DNA from: Octopus vulgaris
Lineage: Eukaryota
Direction of reading: 5' to 3'
DNA length: 64,000 nt
Assembly (NCBI GenBank): GCA_951406725.2
Contig: OX597836.1
Span: 2,356,001-2,420,000 of the forward strand
Shown here in pieces: positions 53,643-64,000 of the stretch. The notes under the pieces are model-generated. The model ran no database searches. It was given only the letters and a program-made list of their open reading frames with translations, and was not told where the DNA came from. Within the stretch, counting starts at the first letter, position 1. Every line of letters starts with the position of its first letter. Position numbers and translations under genes: made by a program.

Positions 53643-53690
<48 letters not shown>

Positions 53691-54546
53691 TATATATGTA
53701 TAAATACGTGTGTTCCATCTAAATTCATGTACACATATTTATATACTTATATACACATTTACAAATATATGTGTGTGCATTGAGATAAGTATTTATATAT
53801 GGCAAGGAAAGGGGGAGATGATAAGCAAACCTAGACTTAGCCCCTGTCGTTTGCTTTAAAACGAGAGGCTATGGTTTAATATCGAAAAGCCTCATTAATT
53901 CCTCCCGAATCTGCATGGTGCTTGAAGATGACTTATATATGAAGTTTAAGTAAATGGAACATGTTAAGTACACTTGGTTCTCGAAGGTGATGATGAATGA
54001 GGACGGGAGGCTGGTGAGGAGAAAGTGTGCAAGGAAATGCGATATGGTACACAGAAGTGTTACGCTTTATCTAATCGCTGGATGCATTTGTTGTCGGTTC
54101 TGAGCATAGAGTGTATTATAAATGAGTTTGTTTATGTGTGTGTGTGTGTCTGTGTGTGTAGGTATTGCATCAATGTAGGTTTATACCTAGACATATTAAC
54201 ATACAGGTGTGTAACACAGATTCGCATATTTATGTATGCATATTACTGTCAATACACACATACACAAAAACACATATATTTATATACACAAACCTACAAC
54301 ATATATATATATATATATATACATTTAAATGTGTATAATATTTATATATATAATACATATATACATAAATGTTTATATATATATACATACATACATATAT
54401 ATAATATATATAATATATATATATGATATATATAATATGTATAATATATATAATATATATATAATATATATATATATATGATATATATAATATGTATAAT
54501 ATATATATATATATATATATAATATATAATATAATATATATATATA

Positions 54547-54793
<247 letters not shown>

Positions 54794-54986
54794 GAACTGT
54801 TTTGGGTGTATGTGTCTCAGTGTGGAGAGGATGATTTTTCAGATAAGCGAAACATGTGTACCTGTGGTTGTGGTTAATGTATTCCAGTCTATCATAAACC
54901 AATTATGCACGCATCGCTGTGCACAGCTATTACATCTTTGCAGTCGGCACGATACTTACAGACAGTCTTACTCAAGCACACGTACA

Positions 54987-55020
<34 letters not shown>

Positions 55021-56035
55021 GAGACAAACATACACACACGCAGAAAAACGTACAGATGGACTTAATACATAGGATGTCATACATCTCCATGTTTCGCGCT
55101 ACGTAATTACATGAATCCGTATTGTACACATATCTGCATGTATGTAGAAATATCTGCGGCAACATGTCTATTTCTATGTCGGTATGTGTTTTTAAGGTAC
55201 GCATCGTCATTCACACACAAACGAACTCATATATATACTTATATATATATATGGGTATGTAAGTGTGTGTGTGTGTACATATGCGTGTGTGCGTATGATT
55301 ATTTATGCTCGCACACACACACACACACACACACATACATATTTAGAAAAATATTTTTATCATGTATGTCTACATGAATACATATACGTATAGAGATTTA
55401 TGCTCACTATATACGTTGGTATACTTATATACACCTACAGATATACATAATTATATATGCATAAGTAAACACATGCATATGTAGTGTATATTCAAATATA
55501 TATATCGATATCTATATCTATCTATCTATCTATATATTTATTTATATATATATATACATACATACATACATACATACATACATACATACATACATACATG
55601 CATACATACAAGTATGTATTTATTTATGTACGTATGTATGTATGTTTGTAAAATGCACGTGTCATTCTGTGAGATTGCTCGCACCCAATTATGTGTAGAG
55701 CTTTGGCTTTCGGATTTTGATTTCATTTTCAAATTCCGGTTCCTTCATATTGCGAAACCGTTTGAGATTACCGAATGGTATTTTAGTGAATTTCATTGCG
55801 GATACACTAATTTACAAGGCATTTTTAATTTGTTGTTTTTGTTGTCATTGATTCTTGTGTAAGGCCATTGGTTTTCTCACGTCCCTTGGACTTACTATAT
55901 CGACCAAGTGTCCAAGGGAATATTGCTTCAAAGAAAAACTACTGTCTGTTTATTCAAGCAACCGTGTCACTTTTATTCCAGTGTGACAGTATGGTTGTAG
56001 TCCAATAACTGAACAGGATGAATGTCTATAGGCAA

Positions 56036-56085
<50 letters not shown>

Positions 56086-56087
<2 letters not shown>

Positions 56088-56220
56088 ATAAAAATGGTAA
56101 GATAACAAAAGAAAGGAAGAGACCTCGATATTATGTAAATAGGGGAATTTATCTGTAAATTTAATGTGTGACAATTTTGCGGTAGTCAAGATAAAACTCC
56201 GAGTTTCGGATGCCAAATGC
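56086..56220 (-). mobile_element. Short (TA)n-embedded element with only the 3' half of a hammerhead
   Basis: Minus strand ...catcc-GAA-ACTCgGAGT-T; the CUGANGA half is missing at the truncation point. Confidence 0.4.
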
Positions 56221-56878
56221 TATATAATATAATATGTTGATATACTCTTATATATATATATGTGTGTGTGTGTGTGTGCGTGTGTGCATATGTATAACTA
56301 TAGGCATTTATATACGCATATATTTATATGTGTGTTTCCAAGGTACTATTAATGTCCCTATTAGTATATTAGCAATAAAGCTGTCGCCATTTTGCCCATC
56401 TAAATATATGTACATTACAGTTGCTATAATGACGTTCCTGTCGTAAACTTTGGTTTTTCCTTATCTTTTCGTTTTTCTTCTCGTCATATTTCTGTGTTTA
56501 TTCACTCACATTCAACCATGCATTGACTGTAAAGCTGTTGCGTTTCTATTTTTCTGTTCCACTGTTCCACTTCTGTGACCTAGTTGCCGATTCAATTACA
56601 AGAAGACTGGAAGCACTTAATATCCTGCAGTACCTTACATCTCATATATTCTCCATTACCATTTCGTATGTTATTTCACATCGTTCCGCCCATTCACCAT
56701 TCCTGTGGGATAACAGTGTTTAACAAATTTTATTAGTAGCTTGTTTCTCAGCATTTCTGGTGTTCTCGAGAACTGGTAGTGAGCGTGTCAACCCCCGGAC
56801 ACGTCACGCTCTGTGAGTAAGCGTCACTGGCTGGAGATGCTTTGACAGAAAGAGATTAATGAAAGGATGATGATGATG

Positions 56879-56926
<48 letters not shown>

Positions 56927-57239
56927 TGAACAATGTGTGATTCTCAATAGGAAAGAGACGTTCGAGTAATTCTCGTGGAAGAACCAAAAAAAATCCAATC
57001 CACGGCCACCAAGACTTTTGCTGCAGGCAACTGGAATTTATTTCATCGACGCCGCTATGATTAAAAGCAAAGACGAAGAGCAGCGTGTCTGTGCCTATAG
57101 GGATGGTTGAGAGACACTGACTACACCAAGAGTATTTGAACTCAGAGCGTTATGATCCGGAGGAAATAAGGGCAACTATTTCGCGAAAGATTCTGCCTGC
57201 TCAGTACCTTAAGAATAATAACTGTGACAACAGCAACAA

Positions 57240-57692
57240 CAAAGAGAAGAATAAGAATAAGAAGAAAAGGAACAAGAAGAAAAGGAAGGAAAAGAGGAAG
57301 AAAAAGAAGAGGAAGAAGAAGCGGAAGGGGATGAGGGGAAGGTGGTGGAAGAAGTAGAAAAGCGGAAGAAGATGAAGAAGATTAAAAAAGGGTTGAAAGT
57401 GGAAGTGGAGGAGGAAAAATTGGGGGACGAGGAGGAAGAAGAAAAGGAGGAAGGAGGAAGGGTGATGAAGGAGAAGGTCAAGGGGTGAAGAAGAGGAGGG
57501 AAAAGAAGCGGAAGAAGAAGAAGAAGAAGAAGAAGAAGAAGAAGAAGAAGAAGACGAAAGAGGTAAAGGTGGAAGTTGAGGGAGAAAAAGAAGTGGAGGA
57601 GGAGAGGGAAAAGGGGAAGGAGGAAGGGTAATGAAGGAGGTGAAGAAGAACGGGAGGATGAGGATGAGGAGGAGGAAACGAAGAAGAAAAAG
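57240..57692. repeat. Polypurine (GAA/GGA)-rich low-complexity tract
   Basis: Direct reading. Confidence 0.9.
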
Positions 57693-58294
57693 TGGAAATC
57701 TATGAGCATGAACATATTGAAGAGATTAATGCAAAATATTATTGTGCAATCGTTTTAGATGAGATAAACGTTTGTGCAGTTTGTAGTTTGACATTTGCAG
57801 TTTGCTTCGGCTGCACGTCGGAAGGCTTAAATCAACAATCTCGAAAGATGATAGTTTGCACAAACACGATATAAGCATCGATGCAATATTCAATATGTTT
57901 AACATTCATAAACTAATCGTTTAGAAACATTGAAAGGATCAACGCCTGGCAAATCGTTCGAAATGAAAAGGAAAGCCAAAAAAAAAAAAAAGAAAAAAAG
58001 AAAAGGATATTTTCGAAATATTCCAAATGCTTATCATTGAAAAATCAACGCCTTTCTCTTATTATTTTAACATGGGCTTCTATCTGCCTGCACGCGCGTG
58101 TGTATGTGTCTGTGTATGTACATAGACAATAAGTGAGCTAGATATGCTCAGTGTAGAACACAGATAGTAATGCTCAAATGAATTTGAGCATAAACCTGAG
58201 TCCTTAATGCGGTACTCGGCTTAAGGCGTCCTGAGTAGCTATAGGAGTAGTCACAATATTTGGATTCCAGTAATGCGGCAGTACTCATAGAAAA

Positions 58295-58558
58295 AGTGGA
58301 GGCGCGTGGCTTAATGGTTAGGGTGTTAGCATCATGAGCGTAAGATTGTGGTTTCGATTCCTGGACCAGGCGACGCATTGTGTTCTTCAGAAAAACACTT
58401 CATTTCACGTTGCTCCAGTCCACTCAGCTGGCAAAAATGAGTAACGCTGCGATGGACTGGCGTCCCGTCCAGCTGGGGAACACATACGCCATAGAAACCG
58501 GGAAACCGGGCCCATGAGACTGGCTAGGCTTTAAAAGGGCGCATTTATTTTTGTATTT
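58295..58558 (+). mobile_element. tRNA-derived SINE (family B head, alternative 3' tail) with 13-bp TSD
   Basis: Direct repeat tactcatagaaaa at 58282-58294 and 58559-58571; head shared with 21780-22100. Confidence 0.9.
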
Positions 58559-59034
58559 TACTCATAGAAAAGCTCGTAAACTTATCATCCTAAAAAACAT
58601 ATATCAAGGAAGATATTTAAGTAATGTATTCATCATAAAATATAAGTTATTTGAAAGGTTGAGAGTTACGAAACAAATATGTCGTAATTATAGAATTTTT
58701 CTAATTGATAAATAAAAGTTGATCAAAATAGTTCTCTCTCATTTATGATTATAGTATTTCAGAATCCAAAATATTCCATTTGGGGAAGACATAAATAACT
58801 CGAACAATGCAACAATGTAGTCTCAGCAACGTATTATTCTACACACGTTTATTTGTGTCCAACGGGTTTTACTTGCAGGTGACAGGCGAAACACCATCCA
58901 TTATTCACCTCTTGAAGAAAATCGGGATTACTATGAAGAGCAGCCTCGGGAGTTTCAAATAGCATTGTTTACTTTTAATCTGTAGAAAGACGATATGTTA
59001 AAAATATGTACATCGAACATAAACCATGTGTAAT

Positions 59035-59115
<81 letters not shown>

Positions 59116-59143
59116 CTATGTATATATATATATTACAGCAAAA

Positions 59144-59220
59144 TTTTATATAGAGTTACCCAAGGTTTCGCACCCACAAATCCAAAGCCTTGTGGACAGC
59201 TCGTCAGACTCTATATAAAA
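59144..59220 (-). ncRNA. Type I hammerhead ribozyme with canonical core and long stems I and II
   Basis: UUUUAUAUAGAGU-CUGACGA-GCuGUCCACAAG...UUUGUGGGUGC-GAA-ACCuugGGU-A/ACUCUAUAUAAAA: 13-bp stem I, GUA triplet. Confidence 0.85.
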
Positions 59221-59916
59221 CAAAAGCTCAAAATATCCACGTCGCAGACGTGAGGAAGCGCTCACAGGTCGAGGAATATGAAAAACGTTAATGAGTTACG
59301 GTTTTTTCCCCTTAATCAGAGAAGAAAATAACATTCCTTTATTAACTCGGAGAAGCATAACAAGCCAATAGGGAGATCCAATTTTCTAGTAGGTGTCATC
59401 TGAAGAGGATATATTTAGAGAACAATTTTTTGAAGCCCACCTGTAGCATTCGAAAAATACTTCCAACTATGTTAGTTTAACAAAATATTCCTCCCAGTGT
59501 TTGTAAAATTATTCTTAAAGTGAAAGACAATACTTCCCAGATCGAGATGGGAACGACAAAGGCTTCACCAGCCTGCTCTACTATGTTGCAAACAAGGATA
59601 GTGTTATGTAATTAATCAGATTGTCTCCAGAAGCCATAAACTTCGTCGCTCCAGTTTTGAGAATTAGAATCGGAAAAGGCCGCAGTGCATTGTGAGGGAG
59701 GGGTGAGTAGAGTCTTGTTCTCAAGTTGACTCACCCTCAGCCACGACTATAATACTTGTACTGGTGGTTATCCTAGTAATAACGAAAGACAGAGGCCTGG
59801 ACTGAGAAACACACAATCTCTAGCATTTCCCTCTCGAATTCTCCCCCTCTCTATCTATCTCTCTCTTTCACTTTTTTGCGTCTCTAACTGTCGCTGTCTC
59901 TCTCGCTGTAGACATG

Positions 59917-59983
<67 letters not shown>

Positions 59984-60022
59984 ATATGTTTATATATATA
60001 TGTGTATAAATATATATATATG

Positions 60023-60070
<48 letters not shown>

Positions 60071-60129
60071 TAACTGCCTTAGACATAGAAGTACAGACTG
60101 GAATATAATACAGAGTATTTGTGACAAAG

Positions 60130-60560
60130 CAGAGTGAACACGTGACGCAAGACCGACAAATATGAAGGAGTGATGTTTGCAGAGGCCAGAGCCCATGGAT
60201 CACTAAACCTTAGATTTATGAAAGCTCTGAAGAAGGCCAAACACGACATTAAGACCATTGAAAAGCCAAGGAGATCCATCAGATCACAATTATGTATGTT
60301 GTCCCCCATTGAGAATAGCATATGCACCAATGATAAGTGTATGGTATGTAAGATTAACCCTGGCATTAACTGTAGAATTAAAAACGTAGACTACAGCATA
60401 AGGGGCATAGAGGGTGCTTGTAAAACATGAACATAAAATACATAGGGGCTAGATGGACATTTGAGATAATATGACGACATGATGCAGTTCTCCATACTCT
60501 ACCAACAAGCCAAGGACCACCATAGAGGCAACCTGGGTCATCTTGACATCCGCATTTTAT
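60130..60560 (+). pseudogene. Decayed C-terminal fragment of a second PLE lineage (linker, Cys knuckle, start of GIY-YIG)
   Basis: VMFAEA...IKTIEKPRRSIRSQL..LSP...CTNDKCMVC.....NCRIKNVDYSI....CK, then frameshifted NIKYIG. Confidence 0.6.
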
Positions 60561-60682
60561 ACACGCACCCGAAGTACCCAACTCTCAGACAGGAGTGCAT
60601 ACTCATAAATGATACATCCTCAATACAAAATAGGAAATATACGTAGTAAGTAGTCATACACCTACACCCATTGTTTATATAT

Positions 60683-60736
<54 letters not shown>

Positions 60737-61632
60737 ATACAGGTAGAATATTTAGTGAGCTGTTATGTAGATGTATGTGTGTATATGTGTATATATGTAT
60801 AAGTATATTCGTATACATATATGTATATATACATATGCATATGTATGTAGGTAAATGGATATGAATGTAAACAGATAGACATACAGATACGTACATGGGT
60901 AATATGAACTGACAAGAACACATACATTCGCAAATGAAGCCTGGAACACGTGATCAGATACACACACACTTCACTTCACACAAGGACACACATGCAGACA
61001 CACCTCTATACTACAAACACAGTACATAGTCACAAAAGCCCATACACAGACACACTCAGACAAGCACATGCAGGGAGACGTGAGTACATACACACATGCA
61101 AACACATACACAAGTAAACACACCTGCTAATACACAAACACATGCATATGCAGGATACACACATACAAGCGTAAACACATACATACGTACATATATATAA
61201 ATATACATACGTACAAATATATATATACATGCATTCATACATGAATACATACACACATGCACACATGCATACACCCTTACATACATACATATGTGTATGC
61301 ACAAGCATATTGACCCTTATAGATCCGCACAAACAAACAAGAATAAACGCACCTTGCATAGCGTTCGAAGTGAACGTCTATTGAAAAGTTTGCAAGACGC
61401 GACGAAAATTGTAGAGAAAATAAATAAGTGAATGTGTAAATGAGTGGAAACTGAACCGGTGAGTGTGTTGAACTATAAGACATTAGAACAGAATGACTCT
61501 CCCAACACACAACAAAAAATCCTTCAACACACGAACTCGCATAACGAATCTTGCAAACCAAATCCAAAAACGAAATACATATATATAATAAACACACACA
61601 CACACATATATATACATACACACACACATATG

Positions 61633-61765
<133 letters not shown>

Positions 61766-63645
61766 GAGACACACACACAGATAAATAGATAATTTTATAT
61801 GTACAAACAAATAAACATAAATACATATATAAGAGATGCAGCGAGTGTATATAGTTCTGTGTGTTTTGGAAGTCCAAAGTATATCACGTAATTATGTTCC
61901 CATACATATTTCAAATGAAATAAATGAGAGAAGAAATTTGAACCATAATATTATATTTAGAATTAATACATCACTTTAAATTACATTAACAGCATCGTTA
62001 TATTATCTCGAATCAAGCAGTATTGTGTCGCCCACACCATGAACTTCCGGTCGATTACATTCGCCAAACTCAAAAGGTGAGAAATGGCAATTTCAGATCA
62101 ATTACATTTCTCACTAATTATATTAGACTATTACAAACAAATCGTTAATTACCGCTTCTTTCTTTAATAATGTTTATCAAATTAAGTTGGTTATTGTTAC
62201 TGTCTGTACATTTATAAAATGTTGTTTCTATCGAATTTTATATATACATATATATATATATATATACTGTAGACTTCTATAGTTTCCTTTTAGTACGAAT
62301 AGTTTGATTTCATAGTAGTAGGCAGTTTCTCAAAACGAATTGTTATAACTACATCTAATGTGTTATGTGGAAATAGTACTACCTATATAAGTACTGAAGG
62401 GAGAGAAAACTATGGAACCTCGATATTAATAAAGGGAGACTTCAGGCGAAACACATTAAGAATTCTAGACTTCTGCCCAGATCTGAATCCATTAAAAAAA
62501 TCTCCGATGAAGACAGATGCTATGGAGAAAGTGTGGGCCAAAAGCTGGAATTGTTGTCCAAAGAGATTATTTAGAATAAACAAATAATATGAATATGGGT
62601 TTAGATAAAATTGCTAGAACTATGACATGGGGAATGTACGTGTTAAGGCTGAGAATATTTAATTAGATTCAGATAACGAATTTTGATAATTAGCCGATAA
62701 TGAAACAGAGAACCTAAGGAGGGGATAAGAAAGGAATCGTATACAGGAATAACAATATAAGACAATTGTAATATAAGACAACATTTTAAGCTTACCTGTA
62801 AAAGTTTGTTTCAAAGTGGAATTCTTAGTTCAATGACATCGATTTAGATGAATTTTGGGGTATAAAATTATGAAATAACGTTGCATAAAGTTTGGGGCTT
62901 ATTCGTTATGGAATAACACTATTTAGACATATTTTCTACGCAAATAATCATATTACGTGACCGGAAGCCTATTTGGGAATGTAGTCAAAATCCTTTTATC
63001 ATCCACTTGTTGGCCACATTGCAATATATTTTGAATATGTTCACTCCGTGTGTGATGTCGGTTGAGGTGACATCACTTGCCGAGTGGTTTGTTGTTTCTT
63101 TCAGTCTCAATTATTGTAAATGAATAATATTAGTGTATATATATGTATATATATATATACACACATATAAAGCACGATTTAATCAAGATCAGAATTGTTT
63201 GAAAACCGAGATACTACTGTATAAGTCTGTGTGTATGTGCACACTTGAAATATTTGCGTCTTACTCTAACTTGTGCATTATTCGATATTCGAATGTTGGT
63301 ATGCGTTTAAATTTCAAAAAAAGGCAATAAAATATATTCGTTGATATTTCTGCAGTTATCTTCTTAACTCAGTGATATTTGTTTTTAAATCAATCGCAGA
63401 TGGAGACATGACATTGCAATGGTAATAACAGCTAATTTAATGTGTTCAGCATATTTCGCAGGTGTAACTGCTGTTTTTGTATGCTTAGTTACACGAACAT
63501 CAAGGTAAAACTAGTTTTAATTGCCCTTACGGAGATATGAGAAAGCTTTATCAAAACTGTACACAAACGGCGGTGCATCAGCATGGCCGCAGCTCTGAGC
63601 TGAAACTAGAAAAAAAAACATATATACTTGTAAAATCTAAGTATA

Positions 63646-63685
63646 AGCATCTGAGGAGGCCTAACAATGCCGAAACCGAACTATT
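63646..63685 (+). ncRNA. Degenerate minimal hammerhead-like motif
   Basis: CTGAGGA-GGC ctaacaat GCC-GAAA-CCGaa; core and stem II intact, helix III and cleavage site decayed from the expected ACCGGT. Confidence 0.45.
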
Positions 63686-64000
63686 ACTTTTTAATGCCTA
63701 CTTTTACCTGTAATTGTACATATTTTCCAAATTTCGGATTATCTGATATTATTTACATTACATCTCATGTAAGCTGTGCTTAGAGTTACAACAAGCTTAG
63801 AGGGAGACTTTGTGCTCTGATAGCAAAGATAATCTCACTAAATAGAATCTTTCTTGTTTATTTGATAGTGCGATCGTGCCTCTGTGCGTTTGCATTAAAG
63901 TATACATTTCTCTATGTGTATATTTATGCGCATATGCATGTATATATGAGTGTGTGTGTGCTATAATATTTATACAGCCACACATGCATACACACGTGTA

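Noticed and set aside
62360-62587. ORF containing CPDLNPL, reminiscent of the Tc1 SPDLNPIE motif
   Set aside because: A single short motif with no other DDE features or TIRs.

Overview
AT-rich, microsatellite-dense animal genomic DNA. The repeat content resembles octopus or another cephalopod (inference). No host protein-coding gene is recognisable, and nearly all ORF-track entries are simple-repeat translations. The centrepiece (36462-42380) is a young Penelope-like retroelement (PLE; RT plus C-terminal GIY-YIG) made of two 5'-truncated copies fused head-to-head, with both 3' ends running into (TA)n arrays. The longer copy keeps an upstream ORF1 that overlaps an AUG-less pol frame across a U_UUU_UUA slippery heptamer, a candidate -1 programmed frameshift. 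Its 3' end carries a duplicated E-box/CCAAT/E2F module and a variant minimal hammerhead ribozyme (HHR) motif. The same design recurs in miniature across the window: short, mostly (TA)n-embedded elements, several of them palindromic, carrying HHR motifs. Two are near-canonical type I HHRs (53544-53602 and 59144-59220). Together these suggest a (TA)n-targeting system of PLEs and HHR mini-elements. The rest is tRNA-derived SINEs of three families (two copies with TSDs), R4/Dong-like LINE relics beside (TAA)n, mariner relics, a decayed PLE of a second lineage and simple repeats.
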